Shown: positions 27,496-41,372 of the stretch, one piece after another
Position numbering within the stretch: the first letter of the stretch is position 1
Layout of the letters: each line of letters begins with the position of its first letter
From: Octopus sinensis
Lineage: Eukaryota
Assembly: GCF_006345805.1 (NCBI RefSeq)
Contig: NC_043001.1
Location: forward strand, 104,656,001 to 104,720,000
DNA length: 64,000 bases
Direction: 5' to 3'
The notes under the pieces: generated by a model
Told to the model about the DNA's origin: nothing
What the model saw: the letters and a program-made list of their open reading frames with translations, nothing else
Database searches by the model: none
Position numbers and translations under genes: made by a program

Positions 27496-30400
27496 AATAA
27501 TCATCGTTTAACGTCTGCTTTCCATGCTAGCATGGGTTGGATGATTTGACTGAGGTCTGGCGAACCAGACAGCCGCACCAGACTCCAATCTGATCTGGCA
27601 GTGTTTCTACAGCTGGATGCCCTTCCTAATGCCAACCACTCCAAGAGTGTAGTGGGTGCTTTTATGTGCCAATGGCATGTGGGCCAGTCAGGTGGTACTG
27701 GCTGTGGCCATGCTCAAATAGTGCTTTTTATGTGCCACCTGCACAGGAGCCAGTCCAGCGGCACTGGCAACAACCTCGCTTGAATATGTTTTTCACGTAC
27801 CACCAGCACAAGAGCTAGTAAGACGACATTTTACTAAATTCTTTATTATTTTGAAAATCAATTGAAACAGTGGCAGTATATTTCAAAAGAAATTTGTTAA
27901 CAAAAGAGTTAAATGAAAACTTAAGGACACAGAATGCTTGTGTTATATAGCCAACTGGAAACGGTGTTTCCTGGGGCTAAACAGCAGTAGTATTTTTCCC
28001 TTTCCTGGGACTGCCACATTAAGTTGGCAACAAACCATCACTTTATCATGCTACTACTATATAAGTCTCTCTGAGAGATTTAGAAATGCAATATTTCTAA
28101 CTTTATAGATCAGTGAATTTATTTCACTTGAAATTCTGTTTTCAAAGGCGAATAAACATTGACAGCTAGCAAGCCAAGCTACTCCAGACTGATGAAGAGC
28201 AATGACTCTGAAACTAGTCTCTTGCTGCTGGCTTTGCTGGGTGAAGGTGCTTATCTCTCCTGTTTGAAAACTTAAGGACACAGAATGCTTGTGTCACACA
28301 ATTCCTCATCTCTTAAATATAGAACAACCACAGAGAGGTTTCCTGCAATTGTTTTACAAGGATACACTCTTATTGATGTATATACAAGTAGTGTATGTTG
28401 TATAACCCTTAGGTCAAATGTGATTGAGCAGGACTGTGATCAAACATCATTCACAATAAAATGATACATGTATATACCTATGTGTCTGTGTTTGTCCCTC
28501 ATTACCACTTGACAACCAGTGTTGGTTTGTTTATGTCCCCATAACTTAGTGGTTCGGCAAATAAGTACCAAGCTGTAACAACAAAGAAAAGAAATAGGCA
28601 GTAGGGTCAGTTTGTTTGACTAAACCGTTCAAGGCAGTGCCCCATCGTGGCTGCAGTCCAATGACTGAAGCAAGTAAAGAAATTATTTCATTATGTATGC
28701 AAAAAAGAGTTTTTTTTCTAAATGTATATCGTGTTATATATGAATGCTTATCAATACCAAAGAACACTCTTCAACCCTTTCGATACCAACCCAGCCGAAA
28801 CTGCCTCTGGCTCTAGTACAAATGTCTTGTTTCCATAAGATTTCAATTAAAATCTTCCACCAAACCTTAGTCACAATGTATGTTCCTAACACCAGCTTAA
28901 TGATAACTAAGTTATTTTACTAAATTCTTTGTAATAGGAATTATAACCATGTTTCGTGGTCTGCTACCACAACAGCTCCTTTATAGGATCCAGTTAGCTC
29001 AAGACATCATCAGGAGGAACCACGTCCGGTTTCGGCCCCTACTCCTCTACCGTTTTGACGTGGCGGGGCCCCCCCTTTCGGAGGTGTCTTCTTTCTTCTT
29101 CTTCCTTCTGTTCCCTGGCCTCTTCGATGTATTGTCAGCGAGTGTCAGCTGGTGACTGACTGACTTGTCAAATTTTTCCTTTTAAAATTTATTGAAAGAC
29201 ACACAGAGCATCTCAAAATAAATATGGTAATAAAGGGGTTAAGAAAACTAGTATAAGGCAGTTGTGTTTGTAGTGATGAGCTTTATTATATTATAAATTA
29301 TGTATTAACATAGTATGATCTTTCTTTTGGCAGATTTGCCTCCATTGCTGATATGAGACAAGGAGAAACTGCAGATAGTGATGAGGAAGGACAAGCCTTC
29401 TATGCCGGTGGATCTGAACACAGGTATTTTAACAGTAATTCTGTTAGTATGCAAATGTAATGAGTATTCCCATTCAAATCTTCTCCTAAACACTTCGGTC
29501 AGTTTTTCTAGAGATCTGTGACCTACTGCAACTTAACATCATCATCATCGTTTAATGTCTGTTTTCCATGCTGGCATGGGTGGGACAGTTTGACAAGACT
29601 GGCCAGGCAGAAGCCAGCACCAGACTTCTGTGACTGTTTTGGCAGGATTCTTACAGCTGGATTCCCTTCCTAGCACCAACCAGTAAGCAGAATGGACTTA
29701 GTGCTTTTTATGTGGCACAAGCACAGGCGAGGTCAGTTTTGGCAAGGTTTTTACAGCTGGATGCCCTTCCAAACACCAACCACTTTATGGTGTGAACTGG
29801 GTGCTTTTTAAGTAGCGCCTGCTCTGACAGGGTCACCAAGTAACTTGCAAGACAAAAAAAGTCTTTTGAGAGAGGAAGGGGTATTGGAGGAGGTGATCTT
29901 GTGTCAGATAATGAAAGGTTATAGTGAGACAGAGAGATAGAAACGTGTGTGTTGGTTTAGAGGAGGTACAAGGTTACCTGGCCGGCAAGAGGGAGATCAG
30001 GAATGAAGACAGAAACAGGCCTTCTGCCGCAAAGGAGATACATAGTTACCCAACCTGAGGGAAGTGTAGGAGAAGGAGAGAGTGAGAGAGTGGGAGACAG
30101 CAGGATAGAGATGGTGGCAAAGTGCCAAGGTATACTCATCCTACATAGATTTTTCACTCCAAACCTGAATCAACAAAGATTTTAAACCAAACAATATATG
30201 CATCAGCTTAATCCATTTAACCTTGTTTCTGTGTCATATTGTGCCTAAAATTACTCTAAACCTTGACCTCCTCAAACAAGAGTTTCAAAAGAAGCAGTTT
30301 CAATTTACAGTGTGGATTGGATGCTTTTTACATGGCACCAGCGCTGGCAGGATCACCAAGTAATGTGCAAGACAAACAAAATCTTTTGAGAGGGGGATGG

Positions 30401-33400
30401 TGCATCGGAAGAAGTTACCTTGTATTGGATGATGAAAGGTTATAGTGAGACAGAAACAGGTGTCTTGCTGTAGAGGAGGTACAAGGTTACCCGGCTGGAG
30501 AGAGAGAGAGAGATCATCATCATCATTGTTTAATGTCTGTTTTCCATGCTGGTATGGGTTGGATTGTTTAACTGAGGTCTGGAGAGCCAGCTGCTGCACC
30601 AGGCTCCAATCTGATCTGGCAGTGTTTCTACAGCTGGATGCCCTTTCTAACCTTAACCACTCTGAGAGTGTAGTAGGTGCTTTTTATGTGCCACTGGCAC
30701 AAGAGCCAGTTACAGGGTACTGGCATCGGCCACATTCAGATGGTGCTTTTTACGCACCACCGGCATGGGAGCCAGTCAGGTGGACCTGGCATCAACTCAA
30801 AAGAGTTTCTTATTCCTTGTGTTGGAAAATTCATCTTATTATTCTTACTGTGGTGTGAAGCTGTTTGATAAGAGGAGGACTGAGGACTTGATGGAAATGC
30901 TGGAGTTGATGGAAAAGATGAATGGAGTGTGGTATGGGCATGTGTTGAGGGATGAGGAGCATGTTCTGAGGAGGGTGCTTGAGTTTGAGGTAAATGGACT
31001 GAAAAATTGAGGTACGCCAAGGAAAAGGTGAAGGGGACAGGTGGGGGAGGGTTGGCTTGAGAAGGGAGGATGCCCAAAACTGGGCAAGATGGTGTGAGGG
31101 CGGTTACTATGACATTGATGTAGATCCAGCCACCCCCGTTAATGGGGATAAAACAGTGGATGATGATGATGATTCTGTCCTCTATCAAATTTTGCAAAGG
31201 ATATGATAATTAGTATTTTGCAAATTATAATTTGTATATACTAATTATGTAATTATATTGAAGAGCAATAATAGTCACATGAGGCAGGGCTTTGTGAGCT
31301 CGTTAGATGAAATCTGAAGAAACTGAAGCCTCAGGCATAATTACCGAAAATAGAGAAGGAATACTTTGATTAACAGTTTCTGTAACTGATTCAGCCAGTC
31401 ATAGCACTGAAATATGGATTTTTTTTTGAAAAGTGATAACGACCTGTTTTATATATTGAAGTTACCATTAAGTTTAATAGAATAATTTCATGTAATTTAA
31501 CTGAAAGATAAACAGTGTACAAGAGGAAAAATATATACTTTTCCTTATGCCTTTTCTCATCATCATCATTGTCATCGTCATCACCACCACCATCATCAAC
31601 ACCACCATCACCACCATCATCACCACTACCACCATCATCACCACCATCATTACCACCACCACCATCATCATCATCATCACCACCACCATCACCATCCCCC
31701 CCACTATCATCATCATCATCATCGTTATTTTCCCTGCTGGCATGGGTTGGATAGTTTGACAGGACCTGGCTACACCAGGCTCCATTGTCTGTTATGGTAT
31801 GGTTTCTGTGGCTGGATGCCCTTCCTAACACCAACCATTTTACAGTGTTACGGGATGCTTTTTACATGGCACCAACACCAGTCCTTTTTACATGGCACTA
31901 GCATGTGTGAATGGTCAACAATTGGAAAAAATAGTTTGCATTCTACCATGAGGAATCTATAATGACTGTAGCCAAGAATCTTAGCTTTTAAGAACCAAAT
32001 CCATCTAACCCTAAACAGCTTTCTTAATTATCCTCTTCATTTAACTTACTCTTTCCATGTTGGTATGGTTTGAGAGGATCTGGTGAGTTGCAGGGCCATG
32101 TCAAACTGATATAATTCACTCATGCTGTTCAATGTGTAATTCATTGGCTTGTAGAGCTAAATTACCAATTCTTTAGATTCTTGTGATCGTAAAATAGCTT
32201 TGACATTTTTATATCAGAAGTTTTGGACACAGGTGCAGGAGTGGCTGTGTGGTAAGTAGCTTGCTTATCAACCACATGGTTCTGGGTTCAGTCCCACTAC
32301 ATGGCACCTTGGGCAAGTGTCTTTTGCTATTGCCTTGAGCCGACCAAAGCTTTGTGAGTGAATTTGGTAGACGGAAACTGAAAGAAGCCCGTCATATATA
32401 TATTGCTTGACAACTGAAGTTGGTGTGTCTGTGTCCCCATAACTTAACAGTTTGGCAAAAAAGACTGATAGAATAAGTACTGCAAAGGATAATTTCTGTG
32501 GTTGATTTATTCGACTAAAGGTGGTGCTCCAGCATTGCCGCAGTCAAATGACAAACAAATAAAAGAATGAAAAACTAAAGAGTACAGAATTGCTTCTGCA
32601 TTATGTGATTCTCAAGTATTTGCCAAATTTAGGCTAAAAATTGAAGAATTTGGACTATCAGTAACTGGCACTCTTTTGGAACAACGAGTGTTCCAGTTGA
32701 TCTGACCAATGGAACAGCCTACTCATGAAATTAACATGCAAGTGGCTGAGCACTCCACAGACTCACGTACACTTAACGTAGTTCTCTGCGAGATTCAGCA
32801 CAACACAGAATGTGATAAGGCTAGCCTCTTTGAATTAGAGGTACAAATCATATTTGACAGCTGAGTGAACTGAAGCAATGTTAAATAAAATGTCTTGCTC
32901 AAGGACACATTGTGCTGCCAGGGATCGAACCCATGACCTTGTGATTGTAAGCTAAATATCTTAATGACTAAACCATGTGCCTTCGCTATCAGTAGAGTGA
33001 ATGTAATCTTAAAAGAAATTGTGGCGTTGGGTATACATGAAAGCTTATGAGTTTATAGATTTACTTGAAATTACCAAAGACAGTCAAATTATTTTACAGC
33101 AACACTATGTAGTCTTGCATAGAATTAGCATACTTTAATGTGTATTCAGTGCCACCTGAATACACATGTGCCACTGACATGTAAAAAGCACCATTCAAGC
33201 ATGGTCAAAGTCACTGCTGCCTGACTGGCCCCTGTGCTGGTGGCACATAAAAAGCACTATCCTAGCGGAGTCGATGTCAGCACCGCCTGACTGGCACGTA
33301 AAAACTACCATTCAAGCATGATTGAAGCCAGTGCTGCCTGAATGGCCCCTGTGTTAGCAGCATGTAAAAAGCACCATTCAAGTGTTGTTGAAGCCGGTAC

Positions 33401-35346
33401 CGCCTGACTGGCCCCTGTGCTGGTGGCATGTAAAAAGTACCATTCAAGCGTGGTCAATGCCAGTACTGGATGACTAGCCCCTGTGCCGGTGGCATGTAAA
33501 AAGCACCCATTACATTTGTGTAGTGGTTGGCATTCGGAAGGGCATCCAGCTGTAGAAACCTTGCCAGAACAGATTGGAGCCTGGTGCAACCTCCTGGCTT
33601 GCTAGCTCTCAGTCAAACCGTCCAACCCATACCAGCATGGAAAGTGGATGTTAAACAATGAGGATGATGATGATGAACTCTAGCCATCATAGCAATTTGC
33701 ATTCATTCAATATTTGTGAAGTGTCCCTGCTTCATGTTGTTTTCTTTATAATTTCCAGTGGTCAGCAAGTATTAGGTCCTCCAAAGAAGTTTATGGATTT
33801 ATTTAAACAAGTTAAAAAGTAAGTATTTCTAAATAATTCTTTGAGAGACCAATTTTAATGTCAATTTTCTACAGTTGCAGTTTGCTTATTGATTTTTTTT
33901 CTGTATGAAACCAGATGTCATATGACAACATTCTGTTTCAGAAATCTTTACAGAAATTTGTGGTTAGTCCTGTGCTGTTGTAATAAGTTCTCCAGGATTT
34001 ATTTACCCACAGAAACTCTTTTCAGTTACTTTGATAACATGCATATTTGTGAAGCATTCCAATTTTTTTTATAATAGGCAACAGTGTGGCTGTGTGGTAA
34101 GAAGTCTGCTTCCAACCACATGGTTCTGGGTCCAGTCTTACTGTATACCACCTTAGGCATTTAAATTAAGCAGAAAATGGAGAAAATTCTTGATCAACAA
34201 ATTGACTAACATCGATTATTATTTTTTAATACAAAGCTTTATCACTGCTAACAGCCGTTTCTACTTCCAGTGTCCCTCAGTGCTGCCAAAGAAAATTCTG
34301 AGAATAATATTTGTCATATTCTATAGCACATCCGATCTGGCACATGGAGCTTCATCAGGGGTAACAGGGTGAATAAATAATAAGAAATAAAACAAAATAC
34401 TTTAGTATAACTGGATTCGCCAATAGGTCTAGAAAAAGAATAATAGTTAAGATTTCATAAATAGTCCTAATTAATATTTACCCAAATAACAAGCCCGTAA
34501 AATAAATTACATTAATATACTTACTGATATATTATAAAGACCAGCCACCTATTGTCTGTAATGGGATTGACTAATTATATTGATGGCTGGACTTTGGTCA
34601 ATCCCATTGTATTCAAACTGGCCTGAATCAGTCTGTTACCTCTACATCACAAGTGTCTATATTTGGCATATTTTATTTTTTGAGTTCAATAAAGGCAACA
34701 ACACAATGGAAAGTGCAAGGAATATTAATGCAGTATATGGGGATTGGACAATAAGTGCAAGCCAATGTCTGGTATTTCCAAAAATTCTGAGCTGGAAACT
34801 ACACCCTAAAAAACGAACTTCATCCTGGAAGATTCATAGAGCTTAACGAGGATGTTCTGCAAACCCTGGTGAAACAAAATCCCATTGTAACTGGTGAGAA
34901 ACTAGCAGAGAAGTCTGGATTTGGTCATTCGACCATTCATCGACATCAGTGCTAGAAGGAAAACGACCATCTTCGGTTTCAAGATGAAAGGTGTTTTTCC
35001 ATCAGGATAATACTCGACCACATACAGCGAAGATGATATTCTAAAGGCTGGAGCAGTTTGAATGGGAAACAATGCCCCATTCACCATATTCACCGGACAT
35101 TGCCCCATCTGATTATAATCTATTTCGCAGTCTTCAAAATCATTTGGATGGAGGAGTATTTTTCATCACAGACAAGTGGATTTTGGTAGAGGAGCCTTGC
35201 AAGTCTACCAGATAGATGGAAGAGCACTGTAGAAAATGAAGGAGGCTCTATTTTAGATTTAAAAAAGAACTTTATTTATCTTAATTTTGAAAAATTAAAG
35301 TATAAAAAAAACCGCTTTTTTTATGGGATGACCCAATGCATACATA

Positions 35347-35421
<75 letters not shown>

Positions 35422-38400
35422 AAATAGAAAACAACAATAAATTGACCTATTATAAATTCAATTTAAATATTTTATACAATCAAATGTCATATCTCATAAA
35501 TTACAGCTGTAAATTCTTCAGATATTTAATATCCCTTAGGTGAATTTTATACCTAGCTAAATTGTTATTTATATATATAACACGGAGACGTGTTGATGTA
35601 TGTTGTATGCAAGAAATAAGGTGGAGAGGAGGATCTGCTAGGGTCCTCACAGGCAAGGGACACAGGTACAAGATTTTCTGGGCAGGGAACACTGACGGGG
35701 TTGGTGGCGTGGGTATAATTATCGCTGAGAAATGGATAGATAGAGTAATTGAGGTAATCAGAGTAAGTGACAGAATACTTAAGATTAGAATAGTGCTTCA
35801 TAATAGATTAGCAACCATTATATCGGCCTATGCCCCTCAGCCAGGGCTACCCGATGGACAGAAAGACAGTTTCTATGACACCCTACTGCAGACCACCTCA
35901 TCGACGAACGACAGGGACCTTCTCTTTGTGGCTGGTGATTTCAATGGGCATGTTGGACGACATGCTGGGGGCTTCCATGGCGTACATGGAGGCTACGGTT
36001 ATGGTTCCCGCAACGAGGAGGGAACCAGGCTGCTGGAGTTCTGCGATGCGAATAGTCTTATGGTCTGCAACACTAACTTCAGGAAACCAACAAGCCACCT
36101 GGTCACCTACCGATCGGGCCGGCATACTAGCCAAATCGACTACATCCTTGCCAGAAAAAGGGAAAGATGGCTGCTTAAAAATGCCAAAACCTTCCCAGGC
36201 GAAGAATGCACCCCACAACATAGACTGGTAGTTAGTGACTTTAGGATCAGGACTAAGAGGGCGACTAGAAGACGACCAACATGGAGAAGAAGGGTCTGGA
36301 AGCTTAAAGCCCCTGCGAATGGACAGAGATTTAGAGATATGTTACTTGAAGCCTTTGACGAAGTGGAAGGGGGTATAGCTACACATGGGGTAGAAGACAA
36401 CTGGACGTTTCTGAGGGACAACCTGCTGAAAGCCGCTGACCAGATCTGTGGCTGGTGCAAAGTCCCCTTAAGACCCAAAATAACGTGGTGGTGGAACAAT
36501 ATTGTTGACAGGGCTATTAGACAAAAGAAACAGGCTTGGAAGGCCTGGAAGAACGGTGGTAGCAGGGAAGGGTATCAGACTGCCAGAAGGGAAGCTAGGA
36601 GACAGGTCTATCTAGCCAGAGGGGAAGCAGATAAGAGAAAATTTGCCAATGTCCTGCGCCGTGAGGATGAAAGACTTGAGGTATTTCGTGTTGCAAGACA
36701 GTGTGTGAGAGAGAATCGTGATGTGGTAGGAGAGAAATGTGTTCGCATGGAGGATGGTTCACTTGCGCTAAATGAGGATGCAAAGAGAGAAGCTTGGAGA
36801 CGCCACTATGAAAGGTTACTGAATGAGGAAAATGAATGGGATAAAGAGAGTCTGCCGAATGTTGACCCTACAGAGGGACCAGCTATCCGAGTTGATAGTT
36901 CCGTGGTAGCTAAGGCAATTAGAAGCATGAAGACAGGGAAAGCCCCAGGCCCATCAGGAATTACTGCAGAGATGCTCAAAATATCTGGCAGTGTCGGCTA
37001 TAACCTAGTCACCCGTATAGTCAACCAGGTGATACACGAAGGAGTCATACCCAATGACTGGTGCAGCAGCATACTAGTCAACTGCTACAAAGGTAAAGGT
37101 GATGCCCTAGATACAAATAATTACAGAGGTATCAAGCTGTTGGATCAAGTAATGAAGGTTACGGAGAGGGTCATAGCCCAACTAATTAGAGAGAGAGTTA
37201 GTTTAGATGAGATGCAGTTTGGGTTCGTGCCAGGAAAAAGTACCACTGATGCTATATTCCTGGTAAGGCAGCTGCAGGAGAAATACCTAGCCAAAGATAA
37301 GCCCCTGTACCTGGCTTTCGTTGACATGGAGAAAGCTTTTGATAGGGTCCCCCGATCCCTTATCTGGTGGTCAATGAGGAAACTAGGGATAGATGAATGG
37401 CTGGTGAGGACTGTGCAAGCCATGTACAGAGATGCCGTAAGTAAGGTTAGGGTTGGCAACATGTACACAGAAGAATTCAAAGTAGAGGTTGGGGTCCACC
37501 AGGGTTCAGTACTCAGCCCCCTCCTATTTATCATAGTACTCCAGGCAATTACGGAGGAATTCAAGACAGGCTGTCCCTGGGAGCTCCTCTACGCTGACGA
37601 CCTTGCTCTTATTGCTGAGTCACTATCAGAACTGGAGGAGAAGTTCCAGGTGTGGAAGGAGGGTTTAGAATCAAGGGGCCTTAGAGTCAACCTAGCTAAA
37701 ACCAAAGTACTAATAAGTAGAAAGGTAGACAATCCACAAATATCTTCAGGAAGATGGCCCTGCTCGATCTGTAGAAAAGGTGTAGGTAGAAACTCTATAA
37801 GATGTACCCAGTGTAAGCTATGGACACATAAGAGGTGCAGCAATGTCAAAGGTAGGCTAACTGGGAAGATAGTTTTTGTATGTGGCAGATGCTCGGGAGC
37901 ATTAACCTCCGAAAATCTGCAGAAAACAACTTCTGTCACTTTCCAGGGGGAAAAACTAGAAGTAGTTGATAGCTTCCGTTATCTAGGTGACCAAGTCAGT
38001 AGTGGGGGTGGGTGCGCTGAAAGTGTAACTGCTAGAATAAGAATAGCCTGGGCAAAGTTTAGGGAGCTCTTACCTCTGCTGGTGACTAAAGGCCTCTCGC
38101 TCAGAGTAAAAGGCAGACTGTATGATGCGTGTGTACGAACAGCCATGCTACATGGCAGCGAAACATGGGCTGTGACTGCTGAGGACATGCGTAAGCTCGT
38201 GAGGAATGAAGCCAGTAGGCTCCGATGGATGTGTAATGTCAGTGTACATACTCGACAGAGCGTTAGCACCTTGAGAGAAATGTTGTACCTAAGAAGCATC
38301 AGTTGTGGTGTGCAAGAGAGACGATTGCGCTGGTATGGTCATGTGGCGAGAATGGATGAAGATAGGTGTGTGAGAAAGTGCCAATCCCTAGCAGTTGAGG

Positions 38401-39500
38401 GAACCCGTGGAAGAGGTAGACCCAGGAAAACCTGGGACGAGGTGGTGAAGCACGACCTTCGAACTTTAGGCCTCACTGAGGAAATGACCAGAGACCGAGA
38501 CCTTTGGAAATATTCTGTACGTGAGAAGACCAGGCAGGACAAGTGAGCCCAGCCCACTTATGAATGCCTTTCCTCCCTTGGACACAAAGACCGGTTGAGG
38601 CAAGCGAAGTCGATATAGAACCTCATCCGACGACAGACACCCATCCCAACCCCCCATGCTTGCGAAGACATGTTGGGGCAAGCGAAATCGAAATCGAAAT
38701 CGAAACCGAATTGAACCAGCCAGGATCCCTGGCCTGGTGGTACGTAAAAAGCACTATCCGACTCGGGGCCGTGGCACGTAAAATACTCCAATGCGACCGT
38801 ACGACAGGCACCCATGCCAACCCCCTTTGCTTGTGAAGACATGTTGGGGCAAGCGAAATCGAAATCGAATTGAACCAGCCAGGATCCCTGGTCTGGTGGT
38901 ACGTAAAAAGCACTATCCGACTCGTGGCCGTGGCACGTAAAATACTCCAATGCGACCGTACGACAGGCACCCTTGCCAACCCCCTTTGCTTGTGAAGACA
39001 TGTTGGGGCAAGCGAAATCGAAATCGAATTGAACCAGCCAGGATCCCTGGTCTGGTGGTACGTAAAAAGCACTATCCGACTCGTGGCCGATGCCAGCACC
39101 GCCTCGACTGGCTTCCGTGCCGGTGGCACATAAAATACACCAATCTGATCGTGGCCGTTGCCAGCCCCGCCTGGCACCTGTGCAGGTGGCACGTAAAAAG
39201 CACCCACTACACTCACGGAGTGGTTGGCGTTAGGAAGGGCATCCAGCTGTAGAAACATTGCCAAATTAGACTGGAGCCTGGTGCAGCCTTCTGGCTTCCC
39301 AGAACCCCGGTCGAACCGTCCAACCCATGCTAGCATGGAGAACGGACGTTAAACGACGATGATGATGATGATGATATATATATATATATATATAATATAT
39401 ATATATATATCACACACACACGCATATATACATGTATATACATACATATACAACTTTCTGCTTTTCTTGTGACGACCCTGTATGTATGTATGTGTGTATG

Positions 39501-39535
<35 letters not shown>

Positions 39536-41311
39536 CATACATACAAATTGTCAGTAGATGATGTATATGTATATGTGAATAAGAACCCGCTGTAATTTTA
39601 TGCTTAAATAATTACTAAAAACTAATAACAGTTTTAGGAATGTCTACTTTGCTTTATTTTAGTTTTTTTTTATTCTTTTTATTTTTAGAGATGATGATTC
39701 TGGGCCTGAAGAGGACTTTGAATCCAAGTCTTCAGCTTTTTGCGGGACTGGTTACAGATTAGGGGATATGGAAAGTACCACCCCTGTTGTAATTAAAAGT
39801 GCAGCTTCAAACGAAAGCCCTGAAATGGCTAGGGTAAGAGTTATGTTTATTGTCTTTAGATTTAGTATTCTCTCTGTAAATGACAGTGGTATGTTTATAT
39901 TATATTTATGTGTGTATATATAAATATGTGTGTGTGTGTGTGTGTTATACATTTACATTATGTAGATGTAGCTGTGTGGTAAGAAGCTTGCTTCCCAAAC
40001 ACATGGTTCCAGGTTCAGTCCCACTGCGTGGCACTTTGGGCAAGTGTCTTCTCCTATAGCCTCAGGCTGACCAAAGCCTTTTGGGTAGATTTGGTAGATG
40101 GAAATTGAAAGAAGCCTGTCGTATATATGTATATATATATATATATATTTGTGTGTCTGTGTTTGTCCCCCTCCATCATTTGACAACCGATGTTGGTGTC
40201 TTTAGTCCCTGTAACTTAGCAGTTTGGCTAAAGAGACCGATAGAATAAGTCCTACAGTCGATTTGTTTGACTAATGGCAGTGCTCCTGCATGGCCACAGT
40301 CAAATGTCTGACACAAGTAAAAGAATATATACCTAAGTTTACATTATATGTATGTGTATATATATGTGCATTACACTCATGGAGTGGTTGGCGTTAGGAA
40401 GGGCATCCAGCTGTAGAAACACTGCCAGATCAGACTGGGCCTGGTGCAGCCTTCTGGCTTCCCAGACCCCAGTTGAACCGTCCAACCCATGCTAGCATGG
40501 AAAGCGGACGCTAAATGATGATGATGGTGATTATGTATATATTTTCTTTTCTTATTATATACAATATATATATATATATATATTGATAAAACGGTAAGAT
40601 AACAAAAGAAAGAAAGAGACCTCAATATTATGTAAATAGAGGAAATTTATCTGTACAATAATATGTTTCTGAGTTTCAGATGCCGAAGTGGAAATCCACA
40701 ACACCATCTCTTCGGTTATCTGGCTATTTGAAAACGCTATGAAAAAATACCGTTAAAGGGAAATTACTGTGTTATAACTCTGCTTGCCTGCGTACTTATA
40801 CATCGCTCGCATTTTTCGTCATAAAAATTATATAAAAATATATAAAATCTTCTTGGGACATAACATAGAAAGCATGTTCTATCTGTTTTCTTTAGGGGAC
40901 CAAAAACGTAACAGAAATTTAGTCACATGTGGGCATGATCCGAAAAGTTCTGTCCTTGTATTTAGACTTTTCGGATCATGTCCACATGTGACTAAATTTC
41001 TGTTACGTTTTTGGTCCCCTAAAGAAAACAGATAGAACATGCTTTCTATGTTATGTCCCAAGAAGATTTTATATATTTTTATATATTTTTATGTATTTTT
41101 ATATAATTTTTATGACGAAAAATGCAAGCGATGTATAAGTACGCAGGCAAGCAGAGTTATAACACAGTAATTTCCCTTTATTTAACGGTATTTTTTCATA
41201 GCGTTTTCAAATAGCCAGATAACCGAAGAGATGGTGTTGTGGATTTCCACTTCGGCATCTGAAACTCAGAGTTTTATCTTGACTACCGAGTAAAGTAACA
41301 TATTATTGTAT

Positions 41312-41372
<61 letters not shown>

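Noticed and set aside
31391-31834. Asp/Gly-, Met/Val- and Thr/Ile-rich ORFs
   Set aside because: An expanded (CAT/CAC)n tail of an RTE 3' remnant, open in several frames.
35562-35606. Track start of the 994-aa ORF, and a possible p47-RTE fusion by splicing
   Set aside because: The start is a TTG in flanking AT sequence. The acceptor at 35556 is out of frame, the one at 35539 hits TGA, and the in-frame one at 35587 lacks a pyrimidine tract.
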